Assembly: GCA_040954595.2 (NCBI GenBank)
Contig: CM082579.2
Span: 3,399,227 to 3,463,226 of the forward strand
DNA length: 64,000 nucleotides
From: Balanoglossus misakiensis
Taxonomy: Eukaryota > Animalia > Hemichordata
Direction: 5' to 3'
The stretch's first letter is position 1, and each line of letters starts with the position of its first letter. Below are positions 37,201 through 48,471 of this stretch, in pieces. Made by a program: the position numbers and the translations under genes. The notes beneath the pieces are model-generated. The model made no database searches and was not told the DNA's origin. It saw only the letters and a program-made list of their open reading frames with translations.

Positions 37201-40200
37201 AGCATGGCGTTCTTCTCTTTGCAAGAAAAGAAAGGCTTTATTGTACCTCAATTCAAAGACTCGATTGAAGAAAATTTTAACCCGTCTTGGCATCAACGCT
37301 TACGATTCACCGGCCGCACAAAAGCTGGGAGTATAAGTTCAATTGTGGCGCAATGGTGTACAATTCTTTACAACTGAATGTTAAGCCCCCGTGCAGTAGC
37401 AAACAGGCGGACGTGACCAAGATACTGATTTTAACGCCCACGGAGGTAAACATTTGTTTTTATCCCGACTCAATAATACCACAAATGGAAGGAAAACACT
37501 CAATTGTCATTTATAAACTCACAAACTCCGGACAATAGTGAATCAATGGCTTTACCTTGTATGGTTCGCAGGTCCCTAATCACACAAATGGTATCTTTAC
37601 GATTGAACAAGATTGAACAAGAACCATAGACTAGTTTACCTTTCCCTCCAGCTTGACTGAGTTCTCAAGCAATCTGCGTTTTAGTTTTCTTTTGTTACAA
37701 TTATGATTTTGTTTGGACCATACTGTTTTATTTCGGAAAGTGTACTGTTCCAAAAAATATCTGTATTAATCGTTTGTCGAAATTAGTACATTGACTGTTT
37801 ATCATTACTTTCAATCTCTGCGATTAAATTATTGTGCTCACATGTGTAAAAATGTTTGACGTAAATAAATTGACCAGATAACCTATGGCCACCGATATAT
37901 GGACATGTCTCGTGCCACTTGAGCTGGTAGCAAACATGTCACTGTGTGTTTGACAATGATTCAAGCTTGAAAGAAAGTGGGTATCGGTGAAACTTCTTGG
38001 TCATGATTGCGGGTGGTTTGTGGCAGTCCGGAGTCCCTGAAGTAGAAAGAAAATCCTTGTCTGGTCAGCGTGCGACATTTGAGAAGACGGCCTAGAAATA
38101 CCAGTGAGATTCTGAAATCCATATGTTACTAAGCAATGCGAATATACCCGCATATCTTGCTGAGATCTTTTCATGCTCACACGAATAACGGTGACGAGGA
38201 TATTGAAAGTGCAGGCAAATTCAGTGAACGATTTCACCGAAGTTCCCAGAAATGGGGTCGTTAATTTTATGACGCAGTTTCTGGCTGGCAGCTTAGACGT
38301 CAGGCGCAAAAACTACCGTGCTTCGAATATTGCTCACGGAAATCGCGACGGGGAACATAAAATTGGAGGTAATGGTCTACGTGGTGTCCAAGGACAGCGC
38401 GCGGTTTAGTTCGAGCGTGAAATTAAAGCTGGAGGTCAACTTGACCTCTATTGTAATTAGCATGTTCAGGAATCAACCGAAGTGTACAGACTGTCTGGTC
38501 GTCGTACTGTGCGTGTCACGTCCGCTAGAAGATAAAAAAGGAATGACTTGATGTATGATTTTGTTAGGATGTTTCTGCACGTCATTTTGTTTCCAAAAAT
38601 ACCGTTCTATCTGTAATTGGAATACCCGCATCTTTCTAGCGAAATTGACAATCCCAGATCATTCGGGTGTAGTTGACTGTTCCATTGAACAACTAATTGT
38701 CAATGACATTATTCGAACGGAACAGGACTGCTCCTCGTTGAATATCGACTAAACGACGCTTTCATATCATATTCATAACTCAAAATCTGTTGACTCCAAC
38801 TGGGCATTTTCCCCCACGTGCGTATGGAAATCTACAGCCGGTCTGACCCGGGTTTGAGTCTAAATAAATGCAAGTGAAGCGACGACCTTTCTGGGTCAGT
38901 ATCCGCGAAGTGGGTCAAAAAAGCCATCAATCTAGCCCTTGCAGCCGTGCAGCGAGACAATACGCGAAAGTGCATAAAGGCCCATTCAAGGTTGTTCGAG
39001 CAATTGAACCGAGACGGCGTGCGTGATCGCTACTCGCATTTTTTCCGTGGCTTTTGATGTAGCCCCCCAAAAAGACCTTGTCGGATAAATATATTCGATG
39101 CGGCGAATGTATTTATATATTACCACATCCAAGTGTTAAAAATAACCAAGCGAACCAATATGAACACAGTCCAATCTATTTCAGTGCACGTGTACCGTCT
39201 TTTTCATTTCTCTGTTCATTTCTTGTCAAGCACTCAAAACGAGTTTTTGGCAAGATGTCAAACAACCGGGTTTGCTATGTCCCCGGCCTTTTAGACACGT
39301 CGACGTGTGCAGGAAGCTACGTGGCGCATAATTTCTGACAGTGCTGTCAGTCGCCTTTTTTCTGCCCTTTCCTGTCTTGGCGGGGTTGTGCAAAGGTCTC
39401 GACACTAAATCCCGAGTGTATATCGAGTTGCAGCCACGTTGTCGATCTCCAGGGCTTCCTCTACTCCGATCCACCGTAGAGGGCGTGTGTCCTATGCGAG
39501 CCCACTTAGCTATATCGTTGTAATCAAGCCACAATTGAACATGGACGTACCACACAGACTTCCACGGTTACAATCAGACCACATGGGTTGTACTTGTAGG
39601 AGTGCTGAGAAATAACACATTTCTTTGCTTTGTTCTTAGGAAAAGGTCGACAAAGAAAAAGAGGCTGTTGAACTGACCCTTTTGGACGGAAGCAAAGTTG
39701 ACCCAGCTGTTGATGAGCACCACGAACGTGGAAGTTGGGGAAGAAAAGCAGAGTTTGTGTGTTCCTGTTTGGGATATGCTGTAGGCCTTGGTAATCTCTG
39801 GAGATTCCCTTACCTCTGTTACACAAATGGAGGGGGTAAGTACTCGTTTAAAATATTGCGAGACTTGCAGAGTTGATTGAAAAGGGTGATGAATGCATAA
39901 TCTTCAGCAGTTTGATTGGTTAAGAGTTTGTACTATGTGCAAGAGGCAAGACAGTGTTGGATATCACCAAGAATGTAGAGATATTGTACTCTGCCTGAGT
40001 TTGCGGTGTCAGTGTTTTGTAAACTGGTCTTTCTCATCATAGCATTTTCTTTCTTCCATGTCATCAACAGGGGCCTTCCTCATTCCGTATGTTATTATGC
40101 TGGTATTTGTGGGCATGCCAGTGTTTTTCCTGGAATTGACCTTAGGCCAGTTTGCCAGTCAAGGATGTATCGGTGTCTGGAAGTGTTGCCCACTCTTCAA

Positions 40201-43200
40201 AGGTAGGCCTGTACTTATCTTCAATCAAGGTTGGGAGTTGAGCTGTGATAACTGGTGGTTGATCATCATTCATGTGATGAAAAAAAATCCACTGAAATAA
40301 CAGAGATAACATCACGAAATGACCCTCTTATATATATTAAAAAATCTTAGCTAAGAAAACTAGCACACTCACCATCTATTCTCTTCCAATTTGCATCTCT
40401 TAGGACTCGGATATGGTATGGTCGTACTGAGTGGAATGGTTGCCATCTACTACAACGTCATCATGGCATGGGCAGTGTTCTACACATTTGCGTCTTTCTC
40501 CGCCCTCCCCAGTCTTCCTTGGGTGGGGTGCGGCCACTACTGGAATTCAGAGAATTGCTATGACGATAGAGATATTAACGCCACCTTGCCGGCCGCCAAC
40601 AGTACCAACATCACAATTACCAGTGCCAGTGAAGAATATTTCAAGTATGTATATTATTAATCAAGGCTACATATTACTAAATAGTATTACAACTGCATAT
40701 GTTCCATTGTGTCAGAAACGTTAAGCCATAGATAGATTCTTGATCATGCTTTCTCTTTCCCCCTAATTAATCTTTTCCCCGTTATTTTCTCTTTAATTAG
40801 CAACTTTGTCTTGCATCAGTCACCTGACATTGGGGATACTGGATCCATTGTGTGGCAATTGTGCTTATGTCTTCTCTTAGCCTGGAGTTTGGCGTTTTTC
40901 TCCCTCGTCAAGGGAGTCAAGTCTGTCGGAAAGGTAAGAACATGTCTAACAGAATAAAAAAAAGTTGCTCTAACTTTTTGTGAAATTTTTGATATTTTCG
41001 AGCAAACATATTGATGGAATTCAAAACAAAATCGCAACTATAAATATTTAAGAAACTCGATAACCTTGTATGCTTTAATGTTTCCTTTGATTCCATTTTC
41101 CAGGTCGTGTATTTTACGGCTTCTTTCCCGTACCTTGTGCTGTTCATTCTCTTTATCCGTGGTGTGACCCTTCCCGGTGCTGCCGAGGGAATCAAATTCT
41201 ACATGCAGCCGGATTGGTCCAGTCTTGGAAATGCCAGGGTGAGTTATCTGAATGTGAAAACAATTAGACATTTTGAAAAGATGATTGTAGGACACCAGTA
41301 TTTAACCTAATGGGTTTGGAGTGTAACCTGTTAGTGTAATAACAGATTTTACTTTCACACTCTTTATTTATTTGTTTTGTTTTTCTCATTTTTCCAGGTA
41401 TGGAAAGATGCAGCCGCTCAAATATTTTTCTCGCTGAGTGCAGCCAACGGTGGACTGCACGTCGTGTCCAGCTACAACAAGTTCAAGAACAACGTCTATG
41501 TGTAAGTCACTCTGAGATTCTGGCGTGTATGCCTCGTGTATTGAGAAGCTCCAATTTCCTTTCCCTGTTCTGTATTTTGAAAAGGTACAGGTCTTAAATA
41601 TGAGGATGATAAAAGTCATTCTTTTCTAACATGTGATTTCCTGTTTTACTTAATTTCCCACAGGGATGCGTTCATTATCCCACTCCTGAACTGCGGCACA
41701 AGCATCTTTGCCGGATTTGCCATTTTCTCCATTCTTGGCTTCATGGCCCATGAAACTGGCAAGAAAGTCAGTGAAGTGGCAACTTCAGGTGAGTTTTCAT
41801 TGGTTTTCTGAGCATGTCAAAGTTCATTAAACAAGTCAACGTATAAAAAAAGTTCTGAACAATATAGCTTGGCTTGTTGCATAAAAAACCAAGTGATTCC
41901 AGAATGACACCAATTTATATACTATGAACCAAGATGACACGCTCTTCAATATTTCACACCATATCTTTTTTTTTCTCACCTTCAAGGTGCTGGTTTGGCG
42001 TTCATTGCCTATCCGGAAGCCCTGTCAAGACTGCCAGCTTCCCCATTCTGGGCTGTTCTCTTCTTTGTCATGTTGATGACTCTGGGACTTGGTTCATTGG
42101 TAAGAATAATCTTCATATCTCAATAAAACTACTATGGGCATGTATTTCATGTATGAGGAGGCAAGATGAATGTCACCTGATCTGATTTGTAACAAGATTG
42201 TCATTCTTTTTTTCCTGTACCCAGGTTGTAATGGTTGAGACAGTAGCAACATCGCTGAATGACGATTTTGTCATCATCCGCAACTTCGTGAAGAACAGGA
42301 GATGGATCCTGACATTGGCCATTGTTTTCGTCTTCTTCCTTCTTGGACTGCCACATGTTACTGAGGTAAAAAAAAATAAACTTTTAGTAACCTCTGTTTG
42401 CAACATGTATTAATCTGTTATGCAGTTTGTCATCATCATATTCTAGTTTGTCCATGATATCTCTATTTGAAAGAAAAATAGTAATTGTAATTGAGGAGTG
42501 GCTACGTGGAAATTCATATTGACATGTCCTCATGTATTTTCTCTTTGCAGGCTGGTATCTACTGGTTGCTTCTGCAAGATTCATATGCTGCAGGATTGTC
42601 AATGATTATCTTGGGACTTGTCGAACTTCTTGTCATCACATACGTTTATGGTAAGCTAAATGCAAGTTGCAGTTTGGAACTCGCAGAACTCTTGGTGTGG
42701 AAACATTCAGCTGCCATGCTCAATGAAACGATAAGGCCACCATGTTGTCACATGCTGAAGGAATTTTATGTACTCGCAAGGAGACAAAAACGGTCCAAAT
42801 CAGTGTTGCCCAGTTGAGTTGAATAAATGATAGTGTTACATTTCATTGTTGGTGTCCCCCCACAAATACACATTTTTAGATCTGCTAACTGTTGTTTTTC
42901 ATCACCAGGTTATAAAAATTTACTTGAAGATGTCAGGATAATGGTTGGTGACAGGACACCCTTGTACTGGAGGATGATGTACACCACTGCAATCATCCCT
43001 ATGTTCATTGCACCTGTTTTACTGACGGTGAGTTTTCATTTGCTGATGTGTAATCTTGCTTTTCTATATGTTCCCTTGTATGTATTCCGGAAATCATGTC
43101 TGATGGTTTGTGTGCTGACTTTTGTGACAGCAAAAGTATTCTCTTTTTCACACTGGCTAAACTACTTCTCCCTTCCACCCCCAACAGTTCATTCTGGTCT

Positions 43201-43772
43201 ATTTCCTGGTAACCTACAAGCCTATCACCCACGGATCATACATCTATCCCGAATGGGCTGATCCCGGCATTGCCTGGCTCATGACCTTCGGATCGGTCAG
43301 CTGCATCTTCTTGTACATGGTCTATCATCTTATCTGGAAGGAAACTGGACCGTTTATTGAGGTGAGTGTCAACTAACTTTATTTCTGTTCAAAGGGGACA
43401 TCATGTACTATGATAATTGTCTCTGCAAGAGCTGAAAAGGGTTTAGAATCGTGTTTTAACGATGGGTGTATTCAACCATCACTTTGAAGCTTGTTGAGAG
43501 AGAGAAAAGTGATTAACGTTGCATTAAAAATGATCATGTTTCTTTCCAGCGATTTGTTGAAAAATTATGGCTCAGATAAAATGACAAACTTGTCTACTCT
43601 CACACATTAATTTTGCTATCCCAAGTGCTTACATGGTTTTCTCTCTTTTCCTTTCTTCCAGCGCTTGAAGAATTCCATCAAACCTACCAAAGAGTGGGGA
43701 CCACTCAAGCAGTCAGACCGCAAACTATGCGGACAGAGATATAATAAGATGTATGACGTCTATATTCTATAA
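34205..43772 (+). CDS. SLC6 sodium/chloride-dependent amino-acid transporter, GlyT/ATB0,+ subfamily-like, gene B; 14 exons, about 631 aa
   Basis: Spliced translation includes [105 protein letters not shown]. Junctions are in phase with no internal stops; exon 1 and the extreme C-terminus are less certain. Confidence 0.94.
39640..39835 (+). CDS. SLC6 gene B exon (TM1), 196 nt
   Basis: [65 protein letters not shown]. Confidence 0.94.
40071..40202 (+). CDS. SLC6 gene B exon (TM2), 132 nt
   Basis: [43 protein letters not shown]. Confidence 0.94.
40404..40644 (+). CDS. SLC6 gene B exon (TM3 plus EL2), 241 nt
   Basis: [22 protein letters not shown]...[15 protein letters not shown]...SASEEYF. Confidence 0.94.
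40801..40933 (+). CDS. SLC6 gene B exon (TM4), 133 nt
   Basis: [44 protein letters not shown]. Confidence 0.94.
41104..41238 (+). CDS. SLC6 gene B exon (TM5), 135 nt
   Basis: [45 protein letters not shown]. Confidence 0.94.
41398..41501 (+). CDS. SLC6 gene B exon (TM6), 104 nt
   Basis: [34 protein letters not shown]. Confidence 0.94.
41664..41788 (+). CDS. SLC6 gene B exon (TM7), 125 nt
   Basis: [41 protein letters not shown]. Confidence 0.94.
41987..42099 (+). CDS. SLC6 gene B exon (TM8), 113 nt
   Basis: [37 protein letters not shown]; AAG acceptor. Confidence 0.93.
42225..42365 (+). CDS. SLC6 gene B exon (TM9), 141 nt
   Basis: [15 protein letters not shown]...[14 protein letters not shown]. 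Confidence 0.93.
42551..42650 (+). CDS. SLC6 gene B exon (TM10), 100 nt
   Basis: [33 protein letters not shown]. Confidence 0.93.
42909..43027 (+). CDS. SLC6 gene B exon (TM11), 119 nt
   Basis: [39 protein letters not shown]|gtgagt. Confidence 0.9.
43188..43361 (+). CDS. SLC6 gene B exon (TM12), 174 nt
   Basis: [58 protein letters not shown]|gtgagt. Confidence 0.92.
43662..43772 (+). CDS. SLC6 gene B C-terminal exon
   Basis: ttccag|CGC; [36 protein letters not shown]; it may instead splice at 43750. Confidence 0.78.
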   Translation, partial: RLKNSIKPTKEWGPLKQSDRKLCGQRYNKMYDVYIL

Positions 43773-45286
43773 ATTTTATTTTTTCAAATGCCCAGATTTT
43801 TTTATTTTATTGAAAAAAAACCTAAATGGTTTAAACAAACAGTTGAAGTCAAAAGTGACTTCTTAAAAGCAGAAATTTCAGTCATGTTTGCAGAGAGGAA
43901 AAGCAAAAAAAAAAAATGGCACCAGCTAATGTGATTGTAAATTATTTCATTCTTTACGTTGAGAAAAAGTACTCTGATTTCGACTGATGTACAGTGTAAG
44001 TACTTCGGAAATTTACAGCTTAGTCATATCTCTGCTTGATGATGACCAACACAGTGAGAAAAAAAGGTGACATCAAACGTAAACCTATATGAAGTTTCAC
44101 AAGGTTTTGTTCTACAAAATTTCGTTATAATACAGCAGTGGAAAAACGGGAATAACCCAGATACCTGCTCAGTTATCCGTTTGGGGCGGATATGGTACGA
44201 GATCCGGGGAATGCTTTCGATCTATTCGGCGACAGCGGTGAGCGTCGGTGTTTAAATGTACCGATTCCTGAAGTACTACAGAAAGCTGGAAATCCGTGGT
44301 TTTTAAGGCCAGGGAACATTGGTCTGGCTGGGTATTGTTATATGGCTGCATTTCAGTCCAATCACCCTCACAGTGTAATTTTTCTGAAATCAGGAATTGT
44401 TTTGACCCGCTACAGTCTTGGAGGGAAACGAAAAAGTCTGTTATTCACACGAGTCTTAAGTGGTTAGGAGGTGCCACGCCCTTTCTTCCAACGTACATTC
44501 CTTTTTATGTCGGAGAATACATTCATTTTTACTGAAATATATTTTCCCGCACAACGTGAGGTTGAGCAAGACAGCCTGTGACAAAAGCAGTCAGACCAAT
44601 GTTCTAGTCGGAGTTGTACACTTGTACAGATAGCTCACATGGTGAGCCATGCATGTTCACCTACTGCCAACTAAAAAAAAGGTGCAGTATTTATGTTTCC
44701 CCTTGGAAAGATGCCAAGATTGACCCAAGTAACTAGGCGAGGGCGGGGTTGTCTTAAAGGTGATTGACAATGCAAACAGTTGTAACCTGTTGGGAATTCT
44801 TGAAATTCTCTCTCTTCTCCCTTTACCCCTGGGTTGACTTTTTATTTGTTTACTGCAGCTACCTGGCAACGGCCAGAGTAAATAGTACAATACATGTGTA
44901 TTTGCACATGTAGGTCTCGTCCACTGCCCAGTGCAGTGGCGTGTGTTTGGACCATCATTGTCTGATGGCCGTGAGAGACTAGCAGGATAACTGTGATGGC
45001 CCATTCATAGTTGAGTAACTCCTCACAGCCGGGTCTAAAATTAGAATCCTCAGGTCATTGCATTGTCAAATAGGGCACCCTTGGGTCATCACATAGGGGC
45101 ATTCTAGGTTTTGTAGTCGTTGATATGATGCCATCAGTTAAGCAAGAACACGGCATATAGATCTGCAAGGGGGTGGGGTGTGGGGGTAACCTCCCTGTCC
45201 AAACCCAGTCCAAGTGACATGGCCTGTCAGACTAAATGAAATTGTGGGAACTATGTAAAATACAGGGTAATAATTGGGAAAAATAT

Positions 45287-45355
45287 TGTGTGTGATGTCA
45301 GTGTGTGTGTGTGTCACTGTATGTATGTATCATTTGTATGTATGTATGTATGTGT
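45287..45355. repeat. (GT)n/(GTAT)n microsatellite
   Basis: Direct reading. Confidence 0.85.
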
Positions 45356-48003
45356 CTGGGATGGGGTGGGGTTTGGGGGTCTACATTTAGATATAGAAAT
45401 TGAAGCAATTGCCAATGCAAAAGTCTACCGAACTTGTCAATGCAACCATATTGCTATCATCGTCACGTCGGCTGTGATGTTTACGATTAACCGGCCGAGA
45501 GGTTTTGTTACTTCCAAATGCAGCTTTACGTAATTGCAAGATGCAATGCAATTTATGATTTTGAGGGTTGTTGTTTTTTTTCGGTCAGGGTTGAAAAAGC
45601 AAATTTGCATTTGGAAAGTCTTGTCCCCATATACAGTGAGACACATCCATCAATCAAATGTGGAGATGGAAGTGGGTTTTTTTTTTTTTGCACATTACTG
45701 CCGTGTAAAGTAGAAATTTTGTTTTCCATTTAATTTATAAAGCGTTCCTTTTTAGCTTCAGAATATTGTGGACTTATTCATTTGCATAGTCTAAGTTTTA
45801 ATGTTAGTTTACTTATTTTTTTGCTTAGCAGTGGATAGATGTTATAAGTTAATAATTTCAGTAACATTTTGGTGATGGTGGTGGAAAAATAGATCAAAGT
45901 TTCAGGCCGAAAAAATGACCGAGTTTGAAGCAGAATTTCGGGGGGTGATATTTTTTAAATGCAGTGTAGTTACAATGTACTTTGAAACCTTCAATAAGTG
46001 TTGTAGTTTGCGTAGTAATTGATGTAAATATTAATTACATCTGTGTTTTGATGAGGCAGACTTGATACGAAGTTGAACTTGGACTATTTATTCTTTTTAT
46101 TGCGTATTGTGTGTTTTTAAGGATAGAATGATATGACCAGCCAGGGGCATTAATTCATTCCATCACAAACAGTTTAATTCCACCTTGTCAATCTGGCATT
46201 CCATGAGTGATGGCAACCTGGAATTGTTAAACGTTAAAACGATAAAAATTCCTCATCTTTGGAGAAATTGGCGAGTTTTTCTTGACACCTTTGTGAAGTT
46301 AATCCTATCTGATTTCACTTAGCGAAGTTATATAGCAGATCCAATTTTCTTTATATTCATTGGAAATTTCATAGTTGACATCTGCACTTTTTGTCTCCCA
46401 TCAAAGTTCAACACCACTCGCACTTTTTTAATGTAACGATTCAGGTCTTATTTTTTGTGTCTACTTTTGTTCTGGAACCTTATTTTCTGTTTGAAATGTT
46501 TTGAGTGACACTTAGCAATGTGAAGAGTATTATAGACACCATTAATTTTTTTTTTTTGCCCTTTTTTGTGTAAAGAGACTTGCATTATACATATTTTTCT
46601 TAAACTTTAAGTAGAATGTGTCTTTTCAATATGTCTTTTTTGTATAGATTGCATTTCACACAATATCAGTATTATTTTCTAAGTACATGTAATGAATTTC
46701 ACTGTCTCATCAGTTAACAAATTTACCTCTACTATATTTTTCCACTTGGGGAAACAGGTGTACTTGTAGTAAAAATAAAAAAAGTCATCTTGTACATATG
46801 CATTATCCATTGTGTTTTTCTCGTCTGCAGTTATATGTTGTCTGTGTGTGAAGTTTGAATTGAGGTGATAGAAAATGCTTGAGAGTTGAAATTTGTATTT
46901 CAACAGCTTGGAAGTCATGTTGATTGTGTTTTAAAGGCGCCGGGAAAAATGCAGACGACTATTGACTTTCTAGTCCAACTGACATGTCAGCATGCTCTCA
47001 GCATGACATACCGTAGATATATTATATATACATGTACTATTAAAGTATTTATAGACAAGTCATGTACAATTGTACACGTACATGTACTTGGTGAAATAAC
47101 TTCAGTTCAAAAGTCATGCGGTTCGCGTGCCTGGAATTCTGGGTATCATCTGTTTTACCTCGAAACAGTTGCTTCCGTGGCAACCAGGCCATGAGACGGC
47201 TTATTTTAATAGGACACTGTTCAAATGCAGCTCTGCGGGTTTCGCCTTGAATACTAAATGAGCTTTAGTATGTGGTCACTTGAGGCCACTGAAACGCGAC
47301 AATTGTCCCGTGTGATGGAAAAATCCCCAAACTACTGATGACGACAGGGATCGATGTAATGACTAAAATTGCGCTATTTATTCGTAGATATTTTATTCAT
47401 TCAAGCAATATAACAAGGTCATTTGCCCGAATCATTTTGGGAGAGGATAACTTACATTGAAGATGCGACTTTTTCATGATATCAAATGCGTGGTTAACGG
47501 ATTAATTACTGCTACTATGACAACGTGACAAATCGTCTGCAAACCGTGTCTGGAATTACAGTCTCAGGTGTGGCCTGTATTTGCACAAGCACACGTACGC
47601 GCTTGCAAGCACGTATGTAGCCCGAAAGAACCACTCCCAAATTCCAAACACACCCGTGTTTTTTTTTCTGGAGAAAAGGCGAAGTGCTCAACGCCACGTG
47701 ACAATGTGATTAACAGGCACCATGCACAGTAAATATTACAATCTAGGGGGAAAATGTTTCCCAAATTTTTGCCATTCATGCACAACACTCTTTAATCCAG
47801 GGCCTATACATTTTAAAAACATGATTTTATTGGCTGTTTATGGCACACTCAAATCGATTGCTACCAGGTAACTTGCTTGTGTCGGGGGCCGTTCAAGCCA
47901 AGATGAACCCGTTTCGGTTTTCTCAAATATTCATTCTGTCTACCCCATAAAGTTTTACGACCTTATAATGTGAAGGGCCTGATAAGCCATAGAGTATTTA
48001 AAG

Positions 48004-48471
48004 CCAATAAGGGTATCCGCCCCCAAAATATTGCATCATGTGATTCTAAAAATATGCTGCTTATCGGGTAGACAGCCATGGATGGGGAACGTCCATGCAT
48101 ATTGAGAACTAATAATAATAATGAACATAGTCTGACGCGGCGTCTATTTGAAAATACCCATTGTATGCAAATAAGCAAATCGCGTGGTCAGGTCTTCGCA
48201 TGTATTTCCTCACGTCGTCGCCCATATATGAGAGTTTCCCTACCGAGAATCGAGACCCCCTCCGCCCATTCGCCACCCAGACCTCTGTCGTGAAAGGAGC
48301 TCGTCTGCGAAAGAATATTTTATTGTGTGTGTGATATTCTCCTACCTGTCGTGTGCATTATTCGTGCGATGGAGGAAGCCGCGAGGTGCTTTCGTCATCT
48401 CGCTCTACGAACAGAAGCTACAAGTACAATACCAGCTGACGTGGGGGGAAAAGGAGATACATATTTACCAG
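48004..48471 (+). promoter_or_regulatory. Candidate promoter plus first exon of an unidentified downstream gene
   Basis: CCAAT 48004, GC boxes 48017 and 48262, octamer ATGCAAAT 48165, ATG 48369 open to a CAG|gtaaag donor at 48471. Confidence 0.35.

Noticed and set aside
42160-42169. AGGCAAGATG, resembling the miR-31 5' end
   Set aside because: The rest of the mature sequence does not match and no hairpin is evident.
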